Positions 10,328 through 21,658 of a stretch of 64,000 bases of DNA are shown here, piece after piece. A program made the position numbers and the translations under genes. The stretch's first letter is position 1; each line of letters begins with the position of its first letter. Below the pieces are notes generated by a model. The model did no database searches and had not been told where the DNA came from. It was given only the letters and a program-made list of their open reading frames with translations. Source of the DNA: Geobacteraceae bacterium (GTDB lineage Bacteria; Desulfobacterota; Desulfuromonadia; Geobacterales; Geobacteraceae); the NCBI GenBank assembly GCA_028683555.1, contig JAQUHN010000002.1:1233-65232 (forward strand), read 5' to 3'.

Positions 10328-11398
10328 ATGATCATAAGTATACTATCCGCAATTGTTGTCCTCGGCATACTGATATTTGTCCATGAACTGGGCCATTTTC
10401 TCTTTGCAAAATTTTTCGGCGTAGGGGTTGAGACGTTTTCCCTGGGTTTCGGTCCGAAGATCCTTGCCAAACAGATTGGAGAAACCGAATATCGTATTTC
10501 GGCTTTTCCGCTTGGCGGTTACGTGAAGATGATTGGTGAAAGCCTCGATGATGAACTGCCCGAGGAAGATGTCGAGCGTTCTTTTATGGCAAAAGCTCCA
10601 GTGAAGCGGATGGTCATCGTGGCTGCCGGGCCTTGCTTCAATCTCATCTTCGCCTACCTGGTGTTCATTATCGTCTGCATGATCGGCGTTCCCACTGCTA
10701 CTACGCAGATCGGCGAGGTGATGGCCGATATGCCGGCGGCACGGGCCGGGCTCCGGACAGGGGACCGGGTTACGGCCATCGACGGCAAGCCGGTAAGTCG
10801 CTGGAATGATCTGGCGCTGCTGATTTCCGAAAGTGGCGGCAAGCCGGTTGAACTCATCGTGCAACGGGACGGTAAAACCTTCCCGTTGAAGGTTACCCCC
10901 GAGATGCGCACCGCAAAGAACCTGCTCGGCGAGACCGTCACTTCCCCGGCGATCGGCGTAATGGTTTCAAAGGAGTTCGTTACCGAGCGGGTAGGGCCGC
11001 TGGATGCTGTGGTCAAGGGAACAGAACATACCTGGAACGTTACCAAAATGACGGTCATTGCCGTGGCCAAACTTTTTAGCGGCTCCATTTCGGTAGACAA
11101 TATCGGCGGACCCATCATGATAGCCAAAACGGCTGGTGAGCAGGCTGAAACGGGTTTGGTCTACTTTCTGTCGTTCATGGCTCTGCTCAGCATCAATCTG
11201 GGACTGCTCAATCTACTTCCCGTCCCGATTCTGGATGGCGGCCACCTGGTTTTCTATGCCTGGGAGATGATAGTGGGCAAACCGGTGCACCTGAAGGCCC
11301 GTGAAATTGCCCAGCAGATCGGCCTGGTGTTGCTGGTCGGGTTGATGGTGCTGGCCTTTTACAATGATATCGCCAGATACCTGGTCGGGCAGGGTTGA
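10328..11398 (+). CDS. rseP: RIP site-2 zinc metalloprotease RseP
   Basis: HELGHFLFAKFFGV zinc motif, central PDZ-like segment, C-terminal NLLPVPILDGGH. Confidence 0.9.
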   Translation: MIISILSAIVVLGILIFVHELGHFLFAKFFGVGVETFSLGFGPKILAKQIGETEYRISAFPLGGYVKMIGESLDDELPEEDVERSFMAKAPVKRMVIVAAGPCFNLIFAYLVFIIVCMIGVPTATTQIGEVMADMPAARAGLRTGDRVTAIDGKPVSRWNDLALLISESGGKPVELIVQRDGKTFPLKVTPEMRTAKNLLGETVTSPAIGVMVSKEFVTERVGPLDAVVKGTEHTWNVTKMTVIAVAKLFSGSISVDNIGGPIMIAKTAGEQAETGLVYFLSFMALLSINLGLLNLLPVPILDGGHLVFYAWEMIVGKPVHLKAREIAQQIGLVLLVGLMVLAFYNDIARYLVGQG

Positions 11399-11399
11399 T

Positions 11400-12095
11400 G
11401 TGAAACTGCTTATTATTGATACGTCTACGACTACCAACAGCGTGGCTCTTACGGTTGACGGACGTCTCGTTGCCGAGTATCTTGTCAACCCGGACAGACC
11501 CCATTCTTCCAGCCTGATGAGCGGTCTTGACCAGGTCATGACGAGTGCCGCGGTATCCGTCCACTCATTGGATGCCATTGGCGTCACGCTGGGTCCCGGG
11601 TCTTTTACCGGTCTGCGGGTCGGCATTGCCTCCGCCAAGGGGTTGGCACTTGCGATCGGGAAACCGGTTGTCGCCTTTTCCTCTCTCGCCATGCTTGCCA
11701 TGAATCTGCCCCACGCGGCATATCCGGTTTGTCCCATGTTTGACGCAAAAAAGAACGAAGTTTATGCCGCGCTGTATCGCTGTCGCGATTTGCCGGAAAC
11801 GCTACTGAGTGATTGCGTTATGCCGCCGGCTGAGTTCCTGTCGCACATTCGGCAGCCTACCCTGTTTGTCGGCAGTGGCGCTTTGCGGTACTGCGACATG
11901 ATTGTGGAAACACTGGGAGATCTGGCCATTTTCGCGCCATCGGTTTGCCACCAGCCTCGTGCCTCGGCAGGAGCACTTTTGGCAGCCGATCTGTTTGCCC
12001 GTGGGGAATTTGTCCCGGCCGGTGCGCTTGTCCCATCCTATCTCAGGGCTTCCGAGGCGGAGTTGGCGCGCATGAAAAAGGAATTGAAGGTATAA
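11400..12095 (+). CDS. tsaB: tRNA t6A biosynthesis protein TsaB (YeaZ)
   Basis: GTG 11400 gives VKLLIIDTSTTTNSVAL...GPGSFTGLRVGIASAKGLA. It starts 2 nt after the rseP stop. Confidence 0.85.
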   Translation: MKLLIIDTSTTTNSVALTVDGRLVAEYLVNPDRPHSSSLMSGLDQVMTSAAVSVHSLDAIGVTLGPGSFTGLRVGIASAKGLALAIGKPVVAFSSLAMLAMNLPHAAYPVCPMFDAKKNEVYAALYRCRDLPETLLSDCVMPPAEFLSHIRQPTLFVGSGALRYCDMIVETLGDLAIFAPSVCHQPRASAGALLAADLFARGEFVPAGALVPSYLRASEAELARMKKELKV

Positions 12096-12190
12096 TGGCC
12101 TGGTATCTCCATATTGACAGTGATGGACGAATGTATTAAGGTTCTTCTTTAAACATTTGTATAGGAATTGACTAAAGAGGTTACACAATT

Positions 12191-13852
12191 ATGCGCAGTG
12201 ACATGATAACCCAAGGACTTGAGCGGACACCGCACCGCGCCCTTCTGAAAGGTACCGGCGTTCCGCAGAGTGAGATGGATAAACCCTTTATCGGTGTTGC
12301 AACCAGTTTTACCGACCTGATCCCGGGTCACGTTGGCATGCGGGATCTTGAACGCTTTATTGAAAAAGGGGTACATACCGGGGGTGGCTATTCTTTTTTC
12401 TTTGGCATACCCGGTGTATGTGACGGTATTGCCATGGGGCATAAGGGGATGCACTACTCGCTTCCGACCCGTGAGCTGATTGCCGATATGGTCGAATCGA
12501 TCGCAGAGGCACATCGTCTTGACGGCCTCGTACTGCTTACCAATTGTGACAAAATTACCCCGGGAATGCTAATGGGTGCTGCCCGGCTCAATATTCCTTC
12601 CATCGTAGTCACCGCCGGTCCGATGTTGTCTGGCAGAGGTTCTGATGGTCGTCGCTACTCTTTTGTTACTGATACCTTTGAAGCGATGGCTCGCTATAAG
12701 GCCGGAGTAATAGATGGCAAGGAACTTCAGGTCTGTGAGGAAAATGCCTGCCCCGGTATCGGATCCTGTCAGGGGCTTTTTACTGCCAATACCATGGCTA
12801 TCCTGACGGAAACCCTCGGCATGAGTCTGCCCCGTTGCGGTACCGCCCTTGCCGTTTCAGCCCTTAAACGCAGAATTGCCTTTGCCTCTGGGGAGAAAAT
12901 AGTCGAGTTGGTTAAAAATCAGGTGACACCCCGTCAGATATTGACCCGAGAGGCTTTTGAGAATGCTATCCGCGTCGATCTGGCCCTTGGCGGGTCTTCC
13001 AATACGGTCCTGCACCTGCTTGCCATCGCCCGCGAGGCCGGCGTCGATCTTCCCCTCGAAACTTTCGATATCCTGGCACGACAGACGCCGCAGCTTGCTT
13101 CCATGAATCCAGCCGGCGAGCATTTCATGGAGGATCTGGACGTTGCGGGGGGAGTGCTCGGCGTGTTGAAGCAGCTTGGTGACCGCATCAAAGACAGCAA
13201 GACGGTGATGGGCCTTGGCACGCTCGAACTTGTATCCAGCATTGACCGGGTGGACGAGTCGGTGATTCGGCCGGTGGACAAGCCGGTGAAGAAAGAGGGC
13301 GGAATTGCCGTCCTGTTCGGCAATCTTGCTCCGAAGGGTGCTGTCGTCAAGCAGTCGGGCGTGTCGGATGTCATGATGCATTTTACCGGAAAGGCTCGCT
13401 GCTTCAATTCCGAGGAAGAAGCCATGGCGGCCCTAATGGACGGCAAGATTGTTTCCGGGGATATTATGGTGATTCGCTATGAAGGCCCGAAAGGGGGCCC
13501 CGGAATGCGCGAGATGCTTGCTCCTACGGCGGCAATCATGGGCCTTGGTCTTGGTGATTCGGTTGCACTCATAACCGACGGACGTTTTTCCGGAGGGACG
13601 CGTGGTCCCTGTATCGGTCACATTTCACCGGAAGCGGCAGAAGGCGGCCCCATTGCCCTGGTGGAAGAGGGTGATCAAATCCTGCTCGATATTCCCAATC
13701 GCACGCTGCAATTGCTTGTTGATGATGAAACACTCAAACAACGGCAGGCAGCCTGGCAGCGGCCGGAACCGAAAATCAAGACCGGTTGGTTGTCTCGCTA
13801 TGCCAAGGTGGTCACGTCTGCCTATACTGGTGCGATTACTACCGGGGACTAG
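12191..13852 (+). CDS. ilvD: dihydroxy-acid dehydratase
   Basis: [23 protein letters not shown]...[10 protein letters not shown]...TDGRFSGGT. Confidence 0.95.
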   Translation: MRSDMITQGLERTPHRALLKGTGVPQSEMDKPFIGVATSFTDLIPGHVGMRDLERFIEKGVHTGGGYSFFFGIPGVCDGIAMGHKGMHYSLPTRELIADMVESIAEAHRLDGLVLLTNCDKITPGMLMGAARLNIPSIVVTAGPMLSGRGSDGRRYSFVTDTFEAMARYKAGVIDGKELQVCEENACPGIGSCQGLFTANTMAILTETLGMSLPRCGTALAVSALKRRIAFASGEKIVELVKNQVTPRQILTREAFENAIRVDLALGGSSNTVLHLLAIAREAGVDLPLETFDILARQTPQLASMNPAGEHFMEDLDVAGGVLGVLKQLGDRIKDSKTVMGLGTLELVSSIDRVDESVIRPVDKPVKKEGGIAVLFGNLAPKGAVVKQSGVSDVMMHFTGKARCFNSEEEAMAALMDGKIVSGDIMVIRYEGPKGGPGMREMLAPTAAIMGLGLGDSVALITDGRFSGGTRGPCIGHISPEAAEGGPIALVEEGDQILLDIPNRTLQLLVDDETLKQRQAAWQRPEPKIKTGWLSRYAKVVTSAYTGAITTGD

Positions 13853-13994
13853 TAAATTGTCGGAGTGCGGCCGGTTGCTGCAAAATGCCTCCGGCCTGAC
13901 CCGCATCGTTTTTCGCCAGTCTGCCAGGTGAAAGTTATTTTTCAACGACGGAAAGATTTTTCTTTCGTCCATCTCCTACGGGGAGGTTTATTGT

Positions 13995-15695
13995 ATGAAG
14001 CTCGCAGGCGCGAGAATATTGCTGGAATGCCTCAAGCTGGAAGGAGTTGACACGGTCTTCGGCTATCCCGGAGGCACTGTCATCAATATTTACGATGAGC
14101 TCTACTCTTTTCCGGAAATTCGGCATATTCTGCCACGTCACGAGCAGGCGGCGGTTCATGCGGCGGACGGCTTTGCCCGGGCGAGCGGTAAGGTCGGTGT
14201 CGCCATCGCCACATCCGGACCTGGAGCCACCAATACCGTTACCGGTATAGCCACCGCCTACATGGATTCCATTCCGCTCGTTGTCATAACCGGCCAGGTC
14301 CCTACCGCTCTTATCGGCAATGATGCCTTTCAGGAAGTGGATATCATCGGTATTACCCGGCCGTGTACGAAACACAATTTCCTTGTCAAAAATGTCAAGG
14401 AACTGGCCGGAATTGTTAAAAAAGCTTTCTACATCGCCCGTACCGGTCGTCCCGGCCCGGTTCTTATCGATTTGCCGAAGGACGTCCAGGTTGCCGTAGC
14501 CGAGTTCAAATATCCTGAAAAAGTTGACATCCGCAGCTATCGACCGACCGTCGAGGGACACTCGCGACAAATCGAGAAGGCTGCCGCCATGTTGCTGGCC
14601 GCGAAAAAACCGGTCATCTATGTCGGCGGAGGGGTCATCCTCGGTAATGCGGCCGAGGAATTGCGCCAATTGGCCGAAACCCTTCATGCTCCGGTTACCA
14701 CGACACTCATGGGCCTCGGCTCTTTTCCCGAGGATAGCCCGCTTTCTCTCGGTCTGCTCGGCATGCACGGCACCTACTACGCGAATATGGCGGTTACCAA
14801 CTGCGATCTGCTCGTGGCCGTCGGTGCCCGCTTTGATGACCGGGTTACCGGTAAAATCCCTGCGTTTGCACCCCATGCCAAGATTATTCACCTGGATGTG
14901 GATCCGACCTCCATCAGGAAGAATGTCCGCGTCGACCTCCCCATCGTCGGCGCTGTCCAGGACGTTCTGGCGAAGCTGCTGAAGATTCTCGAGGCGCATC
15001 GCGACGGAGTCGAGGCTTTCACGTCCGGGGTGCAGCCCTGGCTTGATGAAATAGACGCTTGGAAAGAAAAGCATCCCTTGTTCTACAAGGAGTCAACGCA
15101 GGTCATCAAGCCCCAGGCGGTGATACGAAAACTGCGGGAACTCTGCGAACCGGATGCCATCATTGCTACCGATGTTGGACAACATCAGATGTGGACTGCG
15201 CAGTTTTTTACCTTTACCAAACCACGCACCCTTCTCACTTCGGGCGGGCTTGGCACAATGGGTTATGGTCTTCCCGCTGCCATGGGAGCGCAGGCGGCGT
15301 TTCCGGAGCGTCAGGTTATCGCGATATGCGGTGATGGCGGTTTCCAGATGAACCTGCAGGAACTGGCAACATTGGTGCAGAGCCAGTTGCCGGTGAAGAT
15401 CTGCATTATGAACAATAATTACCTCGGCATGGTGCGGCAATGGCAAGAGCTGTTCTTCGACAAACGTTATTCGCAGACGGTTCTCGACCTTCCCATCGAT
15501 TTCGTGAAATTGGCTGAGGCGTTTGGCGCAACAGGATTCACCGTCAAAAAACCGAGTGAAGTGGAGGAGACAATCCGGCAAGGGTTGGCTACTCCCGGAC
15601 CGGTAATCATGGAGTTTAAAATTGCTCGTGAGGAGAAGGTGCTGCCCATGGTTCCCGCGGGCGCTTCCCTCAACGAAATGGTCCTTGCTTCGTGA
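13995..15695 (+). CDS. ilvB: acetolactate synthase, large subunit
   Basis: GARILLECLKLEGVDTVFGYPGG...GTMGYGLPAAMGA...GDGGFQMN (ThDP-enzyme motifs). Confidence 0.95.
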   Translation: MKLAGARILLECLKLEGVDTVFGYPGGTVINIYDELYSFPEIRHILPRHEQAAVHAADGFARASGKVGVAIATSGPGATNTVTGIATAYMDSIPLVVITGQVPTALIGNDAFQEVDIIGITRPCTKHNFLVKNVKELAGIVKKAFYIARTGRPGPVLIDLPKDVQVAVAEFKYPEKVDIRSYRPTVEGHSRQIEKAAAMLLAAKKPVIYVGGGVILGNAAEELRQLAETLHAPVTTTLMGLGSFPEDSPLSLGLLGMHGTYYANMAVTNCDLLVAVGARFDDRVTGKIPAFAPHAKIIHLDVDPTSIRKNVRVDLPIVGAVQDVLAKLLKILEAHRDGVEAFTSGVQPWLDEIDAWKEKHPLFYKESTQVIKPQAVIRKLRELCEPDAIIATDVGQHQMWTAQFFTFTKPRTLLTSGGLGTMGYGLPAAMGAQAAFPERQVIAICGDGGFQMNLQELATLVQSQLPVKICIMNNNYLGMVRQWQELFFDKRYSQTVLDLPIDFVKLAEAFGATGFTVKKPSEVEETIRQGLATPGPVIMEFKIAREEKVLPMVPAGASLNEMVLAS

Positions 15696-15755
15696 TCTGC
15701 CGAAGAAGCTACCTTTCAAGCACTATATACACGTGAGCAGCGAGGAGATTTCCCC

Positions 15756-16247
15756 ATGAGACATACAATAACGGTATTGGTGGAAAATGAATTCGGGGTC
15801 CTGTCGCGGGTCGCGGGACTTTTCTCCGGCCGGGGGTTCAATATCGACTCTCTTTCGGTGGCTCCCACCAACGAAGAGTCCATATCCCGCATGACCATAG
15901 TGACCCGCGGGGACGAGCAGATACTTGAGCAGATCACGAAACACCTTAACAAACTGATCGATGTCATCAAGGTGATCGATTTCACGGATGGCAGTGCAAT
16001 TGAGAGGGAAATAGCACTTATCAAGGTCACGGCCGAAGATGCTGATCGGGCCGAAGTTCTGCGAATTGTCGATATTTTTCGGGCAAACGTCATTGATGTT
16101 ACACCGAAAAGCTATACTATTGAGGCAACAGGATCACCGTCGAAAATAGATGCGATACTGGAATTACTGCGACCGCTCGGTCTCAAGGAGTTGGTGAGAA
16201 CGGGTCCGGTTGCCATTGGTCGCGGTCCTAAAGGATGGAAGAACTAA
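15756..16247 (+). CDS. ilvN: acetolactate synthase, small (regulatory) subunit
   Basis: MRHTITVLVENEFGVLSRVAGLFSGRGFNIDSLSVAPT (ACT domain). Confidence 0.9.
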   Translation: MRHTITVLVENEFGVLSRVAGLFSGRGFNIDSLSVAPTNEESISRMTIVTRGDEQILEQITKHLNKLIDVIKVIDFTDGSAIEREIALIKVTAEDADRAEVLRIVDIFRANVIDVTPKSYTIEATGSPSKIDAILELLRPLGLKELVRTGPVAIGRGPKGWKN

Positions 16248-16264
16248 CTGCTCTTATCGGGTGA

Positions 16265-17338
<1,074 letters not shown>

Positions 17339-17359
17339 AGTTGACGCGAAGTGAACAGA

Positions 17360-17414
17360 GGCCGGATTAGGGGTCATGGCACCACAGCCATGTGCCGTAA
17401 TTCGGCCTTTGTTT
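17360..17414 (+). terminator. putative terminator after ilvC
   Basis: Outer arms ggccggatta / taattcggcc (one G-U pair) with inner ggcac/gtgcc pairing, followed by tttgttt. Confidence 0.55.
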
Positions 17415-17447
17415 ATCAGCCGTCGTCCTAGTTGAGGTTAGTAGAGA

Positions 17448-18089
17448 ATGCGAAATCAAAATACGCCGATAGCCGTTGAAGGATACCCTTTTGTACTTGG
17501 TGCTGCTTTTGTAACGTTGGTTCTGGCGCTCCTTTCATGGAAAATTCCGGCACTGTTGGCGCTTGGCATAACCTCCTTTGTTGCCTATTTTTTTCGGAAT
17601 CCGCAGCGTATTCCCCCTGAAGGTGAAAACCTCATCCTGGCACCTGCGGATGGCGTTGTTATTTATCTCGGCAATGCCCCCGAGAGTCATCTTGGCGAGG
17701 AGATGCTGAAGATCAGCATCTTCATGTCGGTCTTCAATGTGCATATCAATCGTGTTCCACTCTCGGGTCGAGTTTTGGATACCTTCTATACTCGGGGGAA
17801 ATTCCTCGATGTACGTGACCAGAAGGCAACCTTTGAAAACGAGCAGGGCGGCATGATTCTGGAGGCGGCAAGCGGTGCGAAAATTGTCGTCGTCCAGGTG
17901 GCTGGTCTGATTGCACGGCGCATTGTATCATACCCCGAAAAGGGGGATTCCCTCCGCCGCGGTGATCGCTACGGTTTGATCCGTTTCGGTTCCCGCCTCG
18001 ACGTATATGTGCCGAAAGACATCGATCTTCGAGTGGCAATCGGCGACAAGACCGTGGCGGGAGAAACGGTTCTCGGGTGTTTGCCATGA
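17448..18089 (+). CDS. psd: phosphatidylserine decarboxylase (short, archaetidylserine-type)
   Basis: 213 aa with N-terminal TM segments, then ...FMSVFNVHINRVP...GLIRFGSRLDVYVP (GS self-cleavage region). Confidence 0.9.
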   Translation: MRNQNTPIAVEGYPFVLGAAFVTLVLALLSWKIPALLALGITSFVAYFFRNPQRIPPEGENLILAPADGVVIYLGNAPESHLGEEMLKISIFMSVFNVHINRVPLSGRVLDTFYTRGKFLDVRDQKATFENEQGGMILEAASGAKIVVVQVAGLIARRIVSYPEKGDSLRRGDRYGLIRFGSRLDVYVPKDIDLRVAIGDKTVAGETVLGCLP

Positions 18090-18853
18090 ATGGTGAAAAA
18101 ATCGATATGGCCGAAGGTATGCGGAAAGGGATTTACATCCTGCCTAACCTTTTTACGACAGGAAGCCTGTTTGCCGGCTTTTACGGAATTATTGCGACTA
18201 CGAACGGGAAATACGACGTTGCGGCTCTGTGGATACTGGTATCGTCCATTTTCGACGGTCTGGACGGCAAGGTGGCGAGGCTGACCGGAACCTCCTCCAA
18301 GTTCGGCGTTGAATACGACTCGCTGGCTGACCTGGTTGCTTTTGGCGTGGCCCCCGGCATACTGATGTATTGCTGGGCGCTGAAGCCCTTCGGCCGGCTC
18401 GGCTGGTTGGCGGCATTCCTGTTTGTGGTCTGCGGCGCCCTTCGCCTGGCACGCTTCAATGTCCAGGTCAATACCGTCGAAAGCAAGCGTTTTGTCGGCC
18501 TGCCGATCCCGGCTGCCGCCAGCATGGTTTCGGCAATGGTACTGTTGTTTTATCACTTCGGCTGGCCCGGATCATTCAAGAAGCTGGCAATCCTTATTCT
18601 GATTTATCTGCTGGCATTTCTCATGGTATCGAACTTTCGCTACTACTCATTCAAGGACCCGAGTGTTATCAAGCGTCAACCCTTTGCCTTTCTGGTGCTT
18701 GCCATTCTGCTGCTGATTGTTATTGCCGCCGAACCGGTGCTGATGCTCTTTGTCATTTTTATCTGCTATATCTTTTCCGGGCCCCTTGCATTTATTATGA
18801 CCTACCCTCGCCGGAGAAGGCTGGAAAAAGCCCTGCATAAGGGAGACAAATAG
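18086..18853 (+). CDS. pssA: CDP-diacylglycerol-serine O-phosphatidyltransferase
   Basis: ATG 18086 overlaps the psd stop (ATGA). CDP-alcohol transferase motif DGLDGKVARLTGTSSKFGVEYDSLADLV. Confidence 0.9.
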   Translation: MNGEKIDMAEGMRKGIYILPNLFTTGSLFAGFYGIIATTNGKYDVAALWILVSSIFDGLDGKVARLTGTSSKFGVEYDSLADLVAFGVAPGILMYCWALKPFGRLGWLAAFLFVVCGALRLARFNVQVNTVESKRFVGLPIPAAASMVSAMVLLFYHFGWPGSFKKLAILILIYLLAFLMVSNFRYYSFKDPSVIKRQPFAFLVLAILLLIVIAAEPVLMLFVIFICYIFSGPLAFIMTYPRRRRLEKALHKGDK

Positions 18854-18861
18854 AAAAAGCG

Positions 18862-18890
18862 CTGAATGCCCTTGACAGTTGAGGGACGAT
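18862..18890 (+). promoter_or_regulatory. sigma70-type promoter for the leuA leader
   Basis: TTGACA (18862-18867), 17-nt spacer, TATTAT (18885-18890). Confidence 0.6.
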
Positions 18891-18896
18891 TTCATA

Positions 18897-19149
18897 TTAT
18901 CTTTACAACAATTACTAAAAGCTGTGAAGAGGAGTAGTAGTTCCCGCACTTTTCTCCAGAGAGCCGGTGGGTGGTGCAAACCGGTGTGAAGGGGGGACGA
19001 ACTCGCCTTGGAGCTGTTTCGGTGAATTTTATCTAGCCGAAGCCGTACCCCGCGTCAAGGGAGCAATGAGGTCCGCAGCAGCGGATAAATAAGGGTGGTA
19101 TCGCGGAGCACAAAGCCTTCGCCCCTTTGATGGGGTGAAGGCTTTTTTA
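18897..19149 (+). promoter_or_regulatory. T-box leader (Leu specifier) controlling leuA
   Basis: Stem I elements: gtgaaga K-turn-like, AGTAGTAG, AGAGAG bulge, GGTGGTGCAAA distal loop. GAA-CTC-G specifier context (CTC at 19002-19004). T-box sequence aaTAAGGGTGGTAtCGCGGA at 19089-19108. The competing terminator lies directly downstream. Confidence 0.8.
19112..19149 (+). terminator. T-box terminator hairpin
   Basis: aaagccttcgcccc / ggggtgaaggcttt, 14 bp including one G-U pair, 6-nt loop, followed by a T run. Confidence 0.75.
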
Positions 19150-19179
19150 CATTATTCGTTGAGTAAAATGGAGGCTTTT

Positions 19180-20718
19180 ATGGCAAAGGCAAAAACCATC
19201 AGGATTTTTGACACGACTTTGAGGGATGGCGAGCAGTCACCGGGCGCAAGCATGAATATCGATGAAAAACTGCGGATAGCAAAACAACTGCAGAAACTCA
19301 ATGTGGATGTTATCGAGGCTGGTTTTCCCATTGCCTCGGAAGGCGATTTCGAAGCAGTGAAGAAAGTAGCACAAACCATCAAGGGCCCCCAGATCGCCGG
19401 ACTTTGCCGGGCCAATTTCAAGGATATCGACCGTGGCTGGGAGGCTCTCCAGTACGCGGGTGAGAAGGGACGCATCCATACCTTCATTGCCACTTCCGAT
19501 ATCCATATGAAATACAAGCTCAAGATGAAACCGGCCCAGGTTCTTGAGGCGGCAGTCAAGGCGGTAAAACATGCCCGCGCTTATACTCCGAACGTGGAAT
19601 TTTCCTGCGAGGATGCGGTTCGAACCGATCTGAAGTTCATGGCGGAGGTGGTTGCAGCGGTCATCGATGCCGGAGCATGCGTAGTCAATATCCCCGATAC
19701 GGTCGGCTATACGATCCCTTTTGAATACTACAACATCATCAGGTATCTGAAGGAGAATGTGGCCAATATCGAACAGGCAATTATTTCCGTCCACTGTCAC
19801 AATGACCTGGGTCTCGCGGTAGCCAATTCAATCGCCGCTATCCAGGCCGGGGCGGAGCAGGTCGAGTGCACCGTGAACGGCATCGGTGAGCGGGCCGGTA
19901 ATTGTTCCCTCGAGGAACTGGTCATGATTCTGCGAACCCGGCATGATATCCTCCCGTTCAAGACCAATGTCGTTACCGAACAATTGACCCCTGCAAGCCG
20001 GTTGCTGACGACCGTTACCGGCATTGCCGTACAGCCGAACAAGGCCATTGTCGGGGCCAATGCTTTCGCCCATGAGGCAGGAATTCACCAGCACGGCGTT
20101 CTCATGGAAAAATCCACCTATGAAATCATGACGCCGGAGTCCGTCGGCTTGAAAGACAATGCCTTGGTCCTCGGCAAGCATTCCGGCCGACATGCCTTCA
20201 AGAAGCGCCTGGAGGAGCTTGGCTACGATCTGGAAGACGAGATGCTCAACAAGGCTTTCGAGCGTTTCAAAGGCTTGGCTGACCTGAAAAAGGAAATCTA
20301 CGATGAGGATCTTGACGCTATCGTGGCGGACGAGGTCATGCGGGCACCGGAAAAATACAAGCTCAGCCATATTACCGTGACCTGTGGTTCCTTTGCCGTG
20401 GCAACCGCAACCGTCCAGATGGAAATCGACGACATCTCGGTGAGAACCGCGGAACTGGGAGATGGGCCGGTGGATGCAACCCTCAAGGCCATCAAGAAAC
20501 TGACCAAAACCAAGGCCAAGCTTCTCCAGTATACGGTTGGTTCCATTACCGGCGGTACCGATGCCCAGGGAGAGGTTACTGTTCGCCTTGCCGAAGGTGA
20601 TCGCACGGTGATCGGCCGGGGCGCTTCCACCGATATTATCGAGGCCTCCGCAAAGGCATACATCAATGCTTTGAATCGCCTGAGTGTCAAGAGGGCGAAG
20701 GTTCAGGAAGGTTTATAG
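19180..20718 (+). CDS. leuA: 2-isopropylmalate synthase
   Basis: MAKAKTIRIFDTTLRDGEQSPGASM...HCHNDLGLAVANS... GGAGG before ATG 19180. The ORF-track GTG 19135 lies inside the terminator stem. Confidence 0.95.
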   Translation: MAKAKTIRIFDTTLRDGEQSPGASMNIDEKLRIAKQLQKLNVDVIEAGFPIASEGDFEAVKKVAQTIKGPQIAGLCRANFKDIDRGWEALQYAGEKGRIHTFIATSDIHMKYKLKMKPAQVLEAAVKAVKHARAYTPNVEFSCEDAVRTDLKFMAEVVAAVIDAGACVVNIPDTVGYTIPFEYYNIIRYLKENVANIEQAIISVHCHNDLGLAVANSIAAIQAGAEQVECTVNGIGERAGNCSLEELVMILRTRHDILPFKTNVVTEQLTPASRLLTTVTGIAVQPNKAIVGANAFAHEAGIHQHGVLMEKSTYEIMTPESVGLKDNALVLGKHSGRHAFKKRLEELGYDLEDEMLNKAFERFKGLADLKKEIYDEDLDAIVADEVMRAPEKYKLSHITVTCGSFAVATATVQMEIDDISVRTAELGDGPVDATLKAIKKLTKTKAKLLQYTVGSITGGTDAQGEVTVRLAEGDRTVIGRGASTDIIEASAKAYINALNRLSVKRAKVQEGL

Positions 20719-20761
20719 TCGGCAAACGTTGGTGTCGTTGCCTGATTGGCGGCCTGAAACT

Positions 20762-20820
20762 AAAAAACCGGAATATTTCCCTTGCCGTGAACACGGTGGC
20801 GGAAATATTCCGGTTTTTTT
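20762..20820. terminator. bidirectional intrinsic terminator between leuA and the thiF-like gene
   Basis: A6, then ccggaatatttcc (20768-20780), 20-nt loop, ggaaatattccgg (20801-20813), then T7. Confidence 0.75.
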
Positions 20821-20837
20821 GATGGGTAAAAATATGT

Positions 20838-21656
20838 TCAGTACTGAATCTCGATAATCTCCATATCGAGGAGGTTTATGTGGAGTTTGCGCTTGGCCAG
20901 AGTAGATCCCTGTCCGATAATTATTTTGCAGACTTCTGCAACCTGCAGGCTTGCAATGACTGCCGGGGTGAAAGATGGGTTACCCAACCCTTTTTCTACT
21001 CCCTTGCCGTTGGTTGCGCGACTATAAATTTTTTGCAGGGTGTCTTCGCCGGGAAACTGGGTTGAGACCTGGCCGTACCAACCACCTATTGCGCCGTGCA
21101 CAAGGGGAATCTTGGCTTCCGAGCAGATGTCGGAAAGTTCCAGTCGCACCGTGATGCTGTCCAGGGCATCGACAACAATGTCCACGTTCTGCAGGATATC
21201 CACGCCATTGAGCGTGCTGAATGCACATTTAAGAGGGGTGAGGGTTACCGCGGGATTAATCTCCGTCACGCGTTTTTGAGCTGCCTCCACCTTCGGTTTG
21301 CCGAGCATTTCGGGGGACGAATAGAGTTGGCGGTTGAGATTATGTTCTTCGAAGACGTCGGGGTCAACTGCAGTTATGTGACCGATGCCGAGTCGTGTCA
21401 ACTCTTCGACAATATAGCCGCCGAGGCCGCCGCAACCGATCACGGCAACATGGGTCTTGAAAATCCGCAGCTGGTCGCTGACCGAAATGGTGTTGCGGTT
21501 CCGTTGATAACGGGATGGCAGGAAGCCTAATTCCAGGGCAATCTTTTCCACTTGGCCAATGGTTAACCCGAAGAAGGTTGAGGCGAAAACCTGCTGTTTC
21601 CATGGCAGGAGATCCCCTTCCGCCTGCTTGCGCAAAAAAGAACGAACCTCTTCCAT
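20838..21656 (-). CDS. ThiF/MoeB/HesA-family E1-like adenylyltransferase
   Basis: Rossmann motif VAVIGCGGLGGYIVEELTRLGIGHITAVDPDVFEEHNLNRQ. No CxxC zinc motifs. About 60-aa N-terminal extension. Confidence 0.8.
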   Translation of the reverse strand: MEEVRSFLRKQAEGDLLPWKQQVFASTFFGLTIGQVEKIALELGFLPSRYQRNRNTISVSDQLRIFKTHVAVIGCGGLGGYIVEELTRLGIGHITAVDPDVFEEHNLNRQLYSSPEMLGKPKVEAAQKRVTEINPAVTLTPLKCAFSTLNGVDILQNVDIVVDALDSITVRLELSDICSEAKIPLVHGAIGGWYGQVSTQFPGEDTLQKIYSRATNGKGVEKGLGNPSFTPAVIASLQVAEVCKIIIGQGSTLAKRKLHINLLDMEIIEIQY

Positions 21657-21658
21657 GG

